64,000 nucleotides of DNA from Rickettsiales bacterium (GTDB lineage Bacteria; Pseudomonadota; Alphaproteobacteria; Rickettsiales; UBA1997), in the NCBI GenBank assembly GCA_017999675.1, contig JAGNLL010000002.1, positions 66,918 through 130,917 on the forward strand, written 5' to 3'. Every line of letters starts with the position of its first letter. Position 1 is the first letter of the stretch. The position numbers were made by a program, and so were the translations under genes. A model generated the notes under the pieces. It had not been told where the DNA came from, ran no database searches, and worked only from the letters and a program-made list of their open reading frames with translations. This document shows, in pieces, positions 8,295 through 16,519 of the stretch.

Positions 8295-10799
8295 TTAGTG
8301 GGTGGTTGTGGTGATTCTTTCTACACTAAAATAAGCCTCACTATCATTCAAACTCGGCGCCAACACAGGAATGCCGTGGCTTTTGGCCACTTGCAAAAAG
8401 ATGTTAATTTTGTCGGTATTATCAATTTCGAGATTGATTGAAGCAGTTAAAAATTCCGGCAAATAATGCGCTTTCAAAAACGCAGTTTGGTAAGAAATTA
8501 AAGCGTAGGCTGCAGCGTGAGATTTGTTAAAACCGTAGCCGGCAAATTTATCTACTAGGTCAAAAATTTCTCCGGCTTGTCTTTCGGGCACGCCGTTTTT
8601 CATCGCGCCTGCTGTAAAAATTGCGCGCTGTTGATCCATCTCTTCTTTAATTTTTTTACCCATGGCGCGGCGCAGTAAATCTGCGGCTCCAAGGCTGTAT
8701 CCGGCAAGCACTTTAGCAATTTCCATTACCTGTTCTTGGTAAACAATTACGCCGTAAGTTTCTTTCAAACACACTTCTAAAAGCGGGTGCGGATACTCAA
8801 TTTTTTCGAGCCCATGTTTGCGGCGAATGTAGGTTGGAATATTGTCCATTGGGCCCGGACGGTAGAGCGAAATCAGCGCAATAATATCTTCAATTTTATC
8901 GGCTTTCATTTGGCGTAGAACCGAGCGCATTCCCGAAGACTCAATTTGAAAAGCGCCGATTGAGTCGCCAATACCAAGCATTTTGAAGGTTTGTTCGTCG
9001 TCGAGTTTTAGGTTGGTAATGTCAATTTTAATGCCGCGATTTTTTTCAATTAGCTTCACGGTTTCAAAAATTGTCGTGAGGGTTTTTAGTCCCAAAAAGT
9101 CAAATTTTACCAGCCCAGCATTTTCAGCATATTTCATCGAATAGCCAACGGCAGGCATGGTTGAGCCTTCATCATTGTAAAGTGCACAAATTTCGCGAAG
9201 TGGCTTGTCGCCAATAACCACGCCGGCTGCGTGAGTTGAGGCGTGACGATTTAAGCCTTCAAGTTTTAGGCCAATGTCAACTAACTTAGTCACTTGCGGG
9301 TCTTCTTTAATGGCTTGCTGCAAGTCTTTATCCATTTCAATTGCCTTCTCCAAAGTGACAGCTTCGATGGCGTTGAAAGGGATCAATTTGCAAATTCGAT
9401 CAACTTGATTGTAAGGCATTTGTAGCACGCGACCCACGTCTTTCAACACTGCGCGTGCTTGTAATTTTCCGAAGGTAATAATTTGAGCAACGTAATCTTT
9501 GCCGTATTTTGACTGCACGTAATCAATCACCTCGTCGCGGCGCGATTGGCAAAAATCAATATCAAAATCGGGCATTGAGACGCGATCTGGATTTAAAAAT
9601 CTTTCAAAAAGTAAACCGAAACGAATGGGATCAAGATCGGTAATTTGCAACGCCCATGCGGCAATTGACCCAGCACCCGAGCCTCTTCCTGGGCCAACTG
9701 GAATGTCGCTATTTTTGGCCCATTTAATGAAGTCAGATACGATTAAAAAATAGCCCGAGAAGTTCATTTTTAAAATTACTGAAAGCTCAAAATCGAGTCG
9801 GGCGAAATATTCTTTTTCAATTTCTGTTTGTTTTTCGAGCGTGGTTTCTTCAAGTGCAAACTTGCGCGTAAGCCTGATTTTCAAGCCTTCGCTGGCTTGT
9901 TTTTTTAATTCGTCAGCTTCGTTAAAACCTTCTTCGTTGCTAAATTTTGGTAGAGTTGGTGGGCGTTCAAACGCCATGATGTGGCATTTTTTTGCAATAT
10001 TAACGGTGTTTTCAATCGCCTCGGGAATATCGCTAAATAAGGCTTTGAGCTGTTCTTGGTTTTTAAAATATTGCTCGGGTGAATTTTTTTTACGGTCAGC
10101 ATCAAAGAAAAATCTGCCCTCGCCAACGCAAGTTAAAATGTCTTGCGCTTCGTGCATTTCGGGTGTCAAAAAATAAACGTTATTAGTTGCAACCAATGGT
10201 AGAGAGTGTTTAAGGGCTAGTTCAATAAATTTTGCCTCAAGCTTTTCTTCCAACTTTGTTTGGTGACGCGTGATTTCGATGTAAAAATTTTGCGGAAAAA
10301 TTTTTGAAAATTCGCTGATCAATTCCAAAACTTTTTGATCTTGGTCTTCGCTTAAAAGCTTGCCAATTGGGCCTTCAACCCCACCAGAAAGAGCAATTAG
10401 TCCGGCAGATTTTTCTTTGAGTAAATCAAAAGAAACATGTGGCGAAATGCCGCTTTGGCGATTCAAAAAAGAGTGGCTCACCAAATACATTAAATTTTCG
10501 TAGCCTTGTTGGTTGAAGGCAATCAATGGCAGCAAGGCGAGGGCGTTTTCAACATCGGCATTCGACATGTTTTTGCGCGTGCCATCGTCAAAATTAATCA
10601 ACATTTCGCAGCCCAAAATTGGCTGAATTCCAGATTTTTTACAGGCGGAAGAAAATTCTAAAGCAGCGAAAAGATTTTGGCTGTCCATGATGCCTAAAGC
10701 CGGTAGTTTGTAGGCGACAGCGCGTTCAACTAATTCAGGAATTTTAATGGCACCTTTGCACAACGAGTAGGTTGTGTGGTTGCGGAGAGGGATGAACAT
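8295..10799 (-). CDS. dnaE: DNA polymerase III alpha subunit, N-terminal ~830 residues only (C-terminal third absent)
   Basis: 834 aa. It has a PHP-domain start (FIPLRNHTTYSL) and palm/fingers blocks (GPGRGSGAGS, PDFDIDF, VIVYQEQVM, GFNKSHAAAYA). Homology ends at ...SEAYFSVE, followed by RITTTTH*. The clamp-binding, OB and tau-binding regions are missing. Confidence 0.85.
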   Translation of the reverse strand: MFIPLRNHTTYSLCKGAIKIPELVERAVAYKLPALGIMDSQNLFAALEFSSACKKSGIQPILGCEMLINFDDGTRKNMSNADVENALALLPLIAFNQQGYENLMYLVSHSFLNRQSGISPHVSFDLLKEKSAGLIALSGGVEGPIGKLLSEDQDQKVLELISEFSKIFPQNFYIEITRHQTKLEEKLEAKFIELALKHSLPLVATNNVYFLTPEMHEAQDILTCVGEGRFFFDADRKKNSPEQYFKNQEQLKALFSDIPEAIENTVNIAKKCHIMAFERPPTLPKFSNEEGFNEADELKKQASEGLKIRLTRKFALEETTLEKQTEIEKEYFARLDFELSVILKMNFSGYFLIVSDFIKWAKNSDIPVGPGRGSGAGSIAAWALQITDLDPIRFGLLFERFLNPDRVSMPDFDIDFCQSRRDEVIDYVQSKYGKDYVAQIITFGKLQARAVLKDVGRVLQMPYNQVDRICKLIPFNAIEAVTLEKAIEMDKDLQQAIKEDPQVTKLVDIGLKLEGLNRHASTHAAGVVIGDKPLREICALYNDEGSTMPAVGYSMKYAENAGLVKFDFLGLKTLTTIFETVKLIEKNRGIKIDITNLKLDDEQTFKMLGIGDSIGAFQIESSGMRSVLRQMKADKIEDIIALISLYRPGPMDNIPTYIRRKHGLEKIEYPHPLLEVCLKETYGVIVYQEQVMEIAKVLAGYSLGAADLLRRAMGKKIKEEMDQQRAIFTAGAMKNGVPERQAGEIFDLVDKFAGYGFNKSHAAAYALISYQTAFLKAHYLPEFLTASINLEIDNTDKINIFLQVAKSHGIPVLAPSLNDSEAYFSVERITTTTH

Positions 10800-10922
10800 T
10801 TTTAAGGGAAAATTGGGAATTTTTAAGCGGCGCAGGATTGAGGTTTTTTTGGCAAGAGCAATGGGAAATTTGGGTTTTTTGTTGGCTGTTTTGACTGTCT
10901 AGAAGTTTGAGTTTGTGGCGCG

Positions 10923-11002
10923 ATGGATTGCCGCGCTTCGCTCGCAATGACGATGGGGTTAAGTTTTTTCTCCGTCATTGCGAGCGAAGCGCGGCAATCC
11001 AT
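10923..11002. repeat. Perfect 30-bp inverted repeat with a 20-nt loop (family C hairpin)
   Basis: atggattgccgcgcttcgctcgcaatgacg (10923-10952) is the exact reverse complement of 10973-11002. It lies between the dnaE start and the xerC stop. Confidence 0.85.
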
Positions 11003-11020
11003 TTTTAAAAAGCGCTCGAA

Positions 11021-11956
11021 CTACCTTTTGGAAAATTTTTCATAAACACTAAGCAACCTAGCCTTGTCAATCTTAGTGTAGCGCTGTGTCGTCGACAAAC
11101 TCTCATGCCCCAAAAGCTCTTGAATTGTGCGCAAATCGCCTCCTGCCTCCAAAAGATGTGTCGCAAAAGAATGGCGGAAAGCGTGCGGGGTGATGGTTTC
11201 GGCAAGGTTTAGATTGCGGCGAACTTTTTGAATCAAGGCCGCAAAATTGTTGCGTATGTAAGCGTCGCCTTTTGGTCCTAAAAAAATTGGTTGGTCAAAA
11301 TTTAGTGGAAAAGGGCAGGCCGCCAAATATTCGTCAATTCGTTGCTTCACCACTTCAAGCAGAGGCACCATGCGCTGCTTCTTGCCTTTGCCGGTGACGA
11401 TTAATGTTTGCGAATTTTCTAAACTTTTTTTGCTAACAGAAAGTGCTTCAGAAATACGAAGTCCGCAGCCGTAAATTAACGTAAGCAAAGCAACGTCGCG
11501 CTTGGCTTGCCACAGGGTTTTTCGAATGTTTAAAATTTCGCCAAAGATTTTTTTAATGTCGATTTGGTCAACCGATTTTGGTACGGGCTTGGCAATTTTT
11601 GGTGTTTTTATTTTGCTGATTTCTTGGTTTTTTAGCAGCTGGTTTTGATTGAAAAATCGAAACATTGAACGAAGTGACGCGAGCGCTCGGGCGTTGGATG
11701 CGTTGACGTGATTTGGAAGCCTCTCAGAAAGCCATTTTCGAAAATCGTGAACGCTTAAATTTTCGAGATCATTTTGGCTCAGGGTTTTTGCTTTGACTCT
11801 GAAAAGAAAATCAAAAAAGTAAAAAATGTCAGTGCGGTAAGAGCTAATTGTGTGGGGCGAATATTTTTTTTCGACTTCTAAAAAACGTAAAAATTTTTCA
11901 ATTAAGTGAGTCACGCTTGAGTCGCATTTATCCTTAATTTCCAAGGCTTCAGCCAT
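11021..11956 (-). CDS. xerC: tyrosine site-specific recombinase XerC/XerD family
   Basis: 311 aa. It has an N-terminal SAM-like domain (HTISSYRTDIFYFFDFL) and a catalytic region (GLRISEAL, HAFRHSFATHLLEAGGDLRTIQELLGHESLSTTQRYT). The choice of XerC over XerD rests on motif flavour only. Confidence 0.75.
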   Translation of the reverse strand: MAEALEIKDKCDSSVTHLIEKFLRFLEVEKKYSPHTISSYRTDIFYFFDFLFRVKAKTLSQNDLENLSVHDFRKWLSERLPNHVNASNARALASLRSMFRFFNQNQLLKNQEISKIKTPKIAKPVPKSVDQIDIKKIFGEILNIRKTLWQAKRDVALLTLIYGCGLRISEALSVSKKSLENSQTLIVTGKGKKQRMVPLLEVVKQRIDEYLAACPFPLNFDQPIFLGPKGDAYIRNNFAALIQKVRRNLNLAETITPHAFRHSFATHLLEAGGDLRTIQELLGHESLSTTQRYTKIDKARLLSVYEKFSKR

Positions 11957-11969
11957 TTTTACAAAATTT

Positions 11970-12716
11970 ATGATTAAGAAAATTCTTTTAGTGATTTTTG
12001 CAGTTTTTGTGAGCTTCGAAAATTCGCAAGCGCAAAATTGGAACAGCGCTGAGGGCCTAAAAAAATTGGAGCGTAGCCAATTTAAAAATGATTTTTATCA
12101 GTTGGCAAATTTTTACCAACCTCAAGAAAACCCGCTATTTTGTAGTATTGCGACGGGTACGATTATTCGCAATGCGCTAAATTACAAAAATATCTCAAGT
12201 CAAAAATCAGGCGAAATGACAAGGCCAGATGGCAGTGTTGTGGAGTATCATCTCTACAGCCAAGATGGCTTTTTTAATGACAAAACCGAAAAAGTTAAAA
12301 AGCGCGCGGTTATTGAATTTAAAGAGCCCGTAGCTGGTACAAAAGAGTTTGATGCTGGAGTAACTTTGGCTGATTTTGCGCAAATGTTAAAAATTCACGG
12401 CATGAAAGTTGAGTTAACTCGTGTTGAGAAAAATGACGCGGAAGTGGCGGAAAAATTTCGCAATATTTTGAAAGCAAATCTCGCTGAAGACAAAAAATTT
12501 CTAGTGCTAAATTTTGACGGAAAGGTTTTGGGCAAGGCAACGCGCGGCCACGTTTCGCCACTTGTGGCTTTTGATGAGGCGAGCGATTCGGTTTTAGTTT
12601 TGGATGTGGCGCTGCACAAAAATCAGTGGTATTGGGTTGAGGTCTCAAAATTAATTGAGGCGATGAATACCAAGGATGCAGCGAATTATCGCGGGTATTT
12701 GGTGGTGGGAAAATAA
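11970..12716 (+). CDS. secreted phytochelatin-synthase-like papain-fold protein
   Basis: 248 aa with an N-terminal signal peptide. PCS-like triad context is present: Q..NPLFCSIATGT (Cys), GHVSPLVAFD (His) and VLVLDVA (Asp). Confidence 0.65.
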   Translation: MIKKILLVIFAVFVSFENSQAQNWNSAEGLKKLERSQFKNDFYQLANFYQPQENPLFCSIATGTIIRNALNYKNISSQKSGEMTRPDGSVVEYHLYSQDGFFNDKTEKVKKRAVIEFKEPVAGTKEFDAGVTLADFAQMLKIHGMKVELTRVEKNDAEVAEKFRNILKANLAEDKKFLVLNFDGKVLGKATRGHVSPLVAFDEASDSVLVLDVALHKNQWYWVEVSKLIEAMNTKDAANYRGYLVVGK

Positions 12717-12766
12717 ATTTTGTCTCACTTGACAAAAGCACATCCCCACCTAATTTGCCGCGCCTC

Positions 12767-12796
12767 GCCCTTTGGCAATTTTGAAGGGCTTTTTTT
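12767..12796 (+). terminator. weak Rho-independent terminator
   Basis: A 6-bp stem gccctt/aagggc with an 11-nt loop is followed by TTTTTTT. It lies just downstream of the PCS-like gene and before the tRNA. Confidence 0.4.
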
Positions 12797-12798
12797 AT

Positions 12799-12876
12799 GG
12801 CAGGCGTAGCTCAGTTGGTTAGAGCGCTAGGTTGTGGTTCTAGAGGTCGCGGGTTCGATCCCCGTCGCTTGCCCCA
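12799..12876 (+). tRNA. tRNA-His (anticodon GTG) with encoded G-1 and CCA
   Basis: Cloverleaf folded by hand:
- G-1, then acceptor gcaggcg/cgcttgc.
- D arm gctc-agttggtta-gagc.
- Anticodon stem ctagg/tctag with loop ttGTGgt.
- T arm gcggg-ttcgatc-cccgt.
- Discriminator C, then CCA. Confidence 0.9.
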
Positions 12877-12985
12877 TCCGCTTTCGCTTACGCTACAGCG
12901 CGATGAATCCGTAGGATTCATAAGACTGTATCGTTGGCGAAAGCGGATGACCGCGCTGTAGTCCGAAGGACGTAAGCGGGCTGGT
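12875..12985. repeat. Structured region of interleaved inverted repeats abutting the tRNA-His 3' end
   Basis: Four pairings are visible:
- catccgctttcgc (12875-12887) pairs with gcgaaagcggatg (12937-12949).
- ctacagcgcg pairs with cgcgctgtag.
- cgcttacg pairs with cgtaagcg.
- There is a central atgaatcc-gta-ggattcat hairpin.
The pairings cross each other. Confidence 0.5.
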
Positions 12986-13009
12986 CCAAAACACTCCTTA
13001 CCTACTTAA

Positions 13010-13675
13010 ATGGATATTCTCTTTTTCGCTGCAGTGGCATTGTTGATTTTTTTGAAGCTAGGTAAGCAGCTGGGCAGAGTTGACGAAGAAGAAAAAAAGA
13101 TGATGGATGCAAAAATAGCTAAGCAAAAAGAGCAAATCGAAGCCATCCAAGGCAAAATCATTCAAAAAATTACCGAAATTTCAGAAGAGCAAAAACAAGC
13201 CGAAGAAAAAATTTTGGGTGATCTTGACGCTACAACTCGCGCTAGTTTTTCAGATATTTTGCAACGCTGCAATATTTCAGCGCAGTTTTTTGTAAATGGC
13301 GCCAAGTCAGTTTTTGAAATGACTCTAAAAGCCTTTGCCGCCAATGATTTAGAAGCTTTAAAGCCGCTACTTTCAGACAATGTTTTTGCTGGTTTTGAAG
13401 GCGCAATTAACGAAAGAAAGTTACTCAGCCAAACTCTTACAACCAACTTAATCGCGATTAACAAAGCTGAAATTTTATCGGCAGGAATGTTTGAGAATTT
13501 TGCTCTTGTGGTAGTAAAAATTTCTTCGAGACAAATTAATTATATTTCTGATGTAAGCGGGCAAATAGTTGTGGGTAAAAAAGACGAAATTAATGAGTTG
13601 AGTGACGTTTGGACATTTAAAAAAGACGTCACTTCTGCCAATCCAAGCTGGGTTGTTTCAAATACTGCGAGTTAA
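13010..13675 (+). CDS. Tim44-like domain protein
   Basis: 221 aa. It has an N-terminal TM helix, a charged linker and a C-terminal region (FFVNGAKSVFEMTLKAFAANDLEALKPLLSDNVFAGF...) typical of the alphaproteobacterial Tim44-like family. Confidence 0.65.
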   Translation: MDILFFAAVALLIFLKLGKQLGRVDEEEKKMMDAKIAKQKEQIEAIQGKIIQKITEISEEQKQAEEKILGDLDATTRASFSDILQRCNISAQFFVNGAKSVFEMTLKAFAANDLEALKPLLSDNVFAGFEGAINERKLLSQTLTTNLIAINKAEILSAGMFENFALVVVKISSRQINYISDVSGQIVVGKKDEINELSDVWTFKKDVTSANPSWVVSNTAS

Positions 13676-13693
13676 CAAAACAAAGCTAAATTT

Positions 13694-16354
13694 ATGAAAA
13701 ACACATTCACGCCAAAATCTTCACTTCAAGTTTCAGGCAAAACTTACACAATTTTTTCTTTGCAAGACGCCGCTAAAAAAGTTGGCCGCGACATTTCAAA
13801 ATTGCCCTTCAGCTTAAAAGTTTTGTTGGAAAACCTAGTCAGAAATTTTGACGGCGACGTTGTAAAAGAAGAACACATTGCAGCAGTAATTGACTCAGTA
13901 AAAAACGCCGAAAAAAGAATCGAAATCGCTTTTTCGCCAGCTCGCGTTTTGATGCAAGATTTCACCGGAGTGCCCGCGGTTGTTGATTTGGCAACAATGC
14001 GCAACGCAGTTAAAAATCAAAATAAAGACCCGAAAAAAATTAACCCACTCGTGCCAGTTGATTTGGTAATTGACCACTCGGTGCAAGTTGATTTTGCCGG
14101 CAACAAATTGGCGCTGCAACAAAACGTAGATCTAGAATACGAACGCAATTTTGAGCGTTACGAATTTTTGAAATGGGCGCAAAAATCTTTCGACAACTTC
14201 CGCGCCGTGCCACCTGGAACCGGTATTTGCCACCAAGTGAATTTAGAAAATTTAGCGCGTGTGGTTTGGAGCCGCGAAATTAACGGTGAGCTTTTTGCTT
14301 ACCCCGACACCGTTGTTGGCACCGACTCGCACACTACAATGATTAACGGTTTGGCAGTTTTAGGCTGGGGTGTTGGTGGTATTGAAGCTGAAGCGGCAAT
14401 GTTGGGTCAGCCAATTTCAATGCTAATTCCTGAAGTAATCGGATTTAAATTAAGTGGCAAATTGCAAGAAGGCATTACCGCCACAGACCTTGTGTTAACC
14501 GTCACGCAAATTTTGCGTAAAAAAGGTGTGGTTGGAAAATTTGTAGAATTTTTCGGGCCAGCTCTTCCTTCGCTTTCTTTGGCAGACCGCGCTACCATTG
14601 CTAACATGGCGCCAGAATATGGCGCAACTTGCGGCATTTTTCCAATCGACAAAACTACGCTAGATTATTTGAACCTTACGGCGCGTGACTCTGAAACCAT
14701 TGCGCTGGTTGAATCTTACGCAAAAGCTCAAGGAGTTTTTGTAGAAAATCACAATTTTGAGCCAGAATTTGGTGACGTGGTTGAGTTAGATATTTCAACG
14801 ATTCAGCCAAGTTTAGCTGGTCCAAAAAGACCACAAGATCGTGTGTTGCTTCCAGCAGTTCTTGAATCTTTCACGGCTCTACAAAAAGAACTAAACAGCG
14901 CCAACGAAAGCAATATTTTAATTCCAGAATTAAACACCGATTTAAGCGAAGGCGACGTGGTAATCGCAGCGATTACTTCTTGCACTAATACTTCAAATCC
15001 GTCGGTTTTAATTGCTGCAGGACTACTTGCTAAAAAAGCAATTGAGAAAGGTTTGAAAGTTAAAGGTCACGTTAAAACCTCGCTAGCACCGGGTTCGCAA
15101 GTGGTGAGCGAATATTTAAGCAATTCTGGTTTGCAAAAATATCTCGACCAACTTGGTTTCAATGTTGTTGGCTACGGTTGCACAACTTGTATTGGAAACT
15201 CTGGCCCGCTTCATCCGCAAATTGAAGAAGTGATCAAATCTAAAAACATGGTTGTTGGTTCGGTGATCTCGGGAAACCGCAACTTTGAAGGGCGCGTGCA
15301 TCCTTTGGTAAAAGCAAATTATTTGGCTTCTCCACCACTTGTTGTTGCTTACGCTTTGAGTGGCACGCTTAAAACCAACCTTGCAACTGACGCAATTGGC
15401 ACTGGTTTGGACGGCAAAAAAGTTTTCTTAAAAGACATTTGGCCAAGCAAAGAAGAAATTGACGCGGCGATTAATTCTTTTGTCACTCGTGAAATTTTTG
15501 CTAAAAAATACGCCGATTTATTCTTGGGCGATGCGGCTTGGCAAAAAATTCAGGTCGAAAAATCTGACACTTACAGTTGGAACGAGAACAGCACCTACAT
15601 TCGCATGCCAAACTTTTTTGACGATCTTAACCGCGAAAATGCGGTTGAAATTAAGGCGGCACGCGTGTTGGCAATTTTTGGTGATTCAATCACAACTGAC
15701 CACATTTCACCTGCCGGCAACATTTCTGCAACGTCACCTGCTGCGGCTTACTTAGCGCAAAAAGGTGTGGCCAAAGCTGACTTCAACTCTTACGGCGCTA
15801 GACGTGGTAACCACGAAGTAATGATGCGCGGCACTTTTGCTAACATCAGAATTAAAAACGAAATTTTGGGCGGCACTAAAGAAGGCGGCTTCACCAAAAT
15901 TTTTGAAAAAAACGAGGTCACTTCAATTTACGACGCGGCAATGTTTTACAAAGAAAAAGCTGCACCTTTGGTTATTTTTGCTGGCAAAGAATACGGCACC
16001 GGGTCTTCTCGCGACTGGGCTGCGAAAGGCACATTCTTGCTTGGCGTAAAAGCGGTGGTGGCAGAAAGTTTTGAGAGAATTCACCGTTCTAACTTGGTTG
16101 GAATGGGAGTTTTGCCTTTGATTTTTAAAGCTGGCGAAAATCGCAAAACCCTTGGTTTGGTGGGGGACGAAACCATCGACATTCTTGGCATCACTTCAAA
16201 CATTAAGCCAAGACAAGACATTAAGTGTGTGATTACCAGAGCTGACGGCTCTAAGCAAGAAGCCACTTTGGTTTGCGGCATTGACACTAGTAATGAAGTC
16301 GAATACTTCAAACTCGGTGGTATCTTACAATTTGTAATGAACCAAATTTCTTAG
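13694..16354 (+). CDS. acnA: aconitate hydratase A
   Basis: 886 aa. Canonical aconitase blocks are present: RVLMQDFTGVPAVVDLA, GTDSHTTM, ITSCTNTSNP, GCTTCIGNSG, NRNFEGR and GSSRDWAAKG. Confidence 0.95.
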   Translation: MKNTFTPKSSLQVSGKTYTIFSLQDAAKKVGRDISKLPFSLKVLLENLVRNFDGDVVKEEHIAAVIDSVKNAEKRIEIAFSPARVLMQDFTGVPAVVDLATMRNAVKNQNKDPKKINPLVPVDLVIDHSVQVDFAGNKLALQQNVDLEYERNFERYEFLKWAQKSFDNFRAVPPGTGICHQVNLENLARVVWSREINGELFAYPDTVVGTDSHTTMINGLAVLGWGVGGIEAEAAMLGQPISMLIPEVIGFKLSGKLQEGITATDLVLTVTQILRKKGVVGKFVEFFGPALPSLSLADRATIANMAPEYGATCGIFPIDKTTLDYLNLTARDSETIALVESYAKAQGVFVENHNFEPEFGDVVELDISTIQPSLAGPKRPQDRVLLPAVLESFTALQKELNSANESNILIPELNTDLSEGDVVIAAITSCTNTSNPSVLIAAGLLAKKAIEKGLKVKGHVKTSLAPGSQVVSEYLSNSGLQKYLDQLGFNVVGYGCTTCIGNSGPLHPQIEEVIKSKNMVVGSVISGNRNFEGRVHPLVKANYLASPPLVVAYALSGTLKTNLATDAIGTGLDGKKVFLKDIWPSKEEIDAAINSFVTREIFAKKYADLFLGDAAWQKIQVEKSDTYSWNENSTYIRMPNFFDDLNRENAVEIKAARVLAIFGDSITTDHISPAGNISATSPAAAYLAQKGVAKADFNSYGARRGNHEVMMRGTFANIRIKNEILGGTKEGGFTKIFEKNEVTSIYDAAMFYKEKAAPLVIFAGKEYGTGSSRDWAAKGTFLLGVKAVVAESFERIHRSNLVGMGVLPLIFKAGENRKTLGLVGDETIDILGITSNIKPRQDIKCVITRADGSKQEATLVCGIDTSNEVEYFKLGGILQFVMNQIS

Positions 16355-16497
16355 AACCCGCCCTAAGTCTCTACCTGCAATGGCCGTAAATGGCGAATTT
16401 GCTGTGCTCCGCTCCTCACGTACTTCAAGTACGCTGCGGTGCGGTGCTCGCAAATCCGCCATTTCCGACTCATTGCAGCGAGACTTAGGACAGGTTC
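16353..16497. repeat. ~145-bp imperfect long palindrome (family D)
   Basis: gaacccgccctaagtctctacctgcaatg...aatggcgaatttgc mirrors gcaaatccgccatt...cattgcagcgagacttaggacaggttc, with a central cgtacttcaagtacg hairpin. It lies between the acnA stop and the hpf start. Confidence 0.6.
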
Positions 16498-16519
16498 TTA
16501 AACTTAATTTTTCAAACTT

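Noticed and set aside
8285-8330. Split-intein explanation for the dnaE truncation, as in cyanobacterial dnaE-n/dnaE-c.
   Set aside because: Only 7 non-homologous residues (RITTTTH) follow the last DnaE-like residue. There is no Cys/Ser-initiated intein N-fragment of about 100 aa.
11021-11956. The tyrosine recombinase as a marker of an integrated mobile element next to the dnaE breakpoint.
   Set aside because: Its motifs and length fit chromosomal XerC/XerD rather than a phage integrase. It also lies on the 5' side of dnaE, not at the truncation junction.
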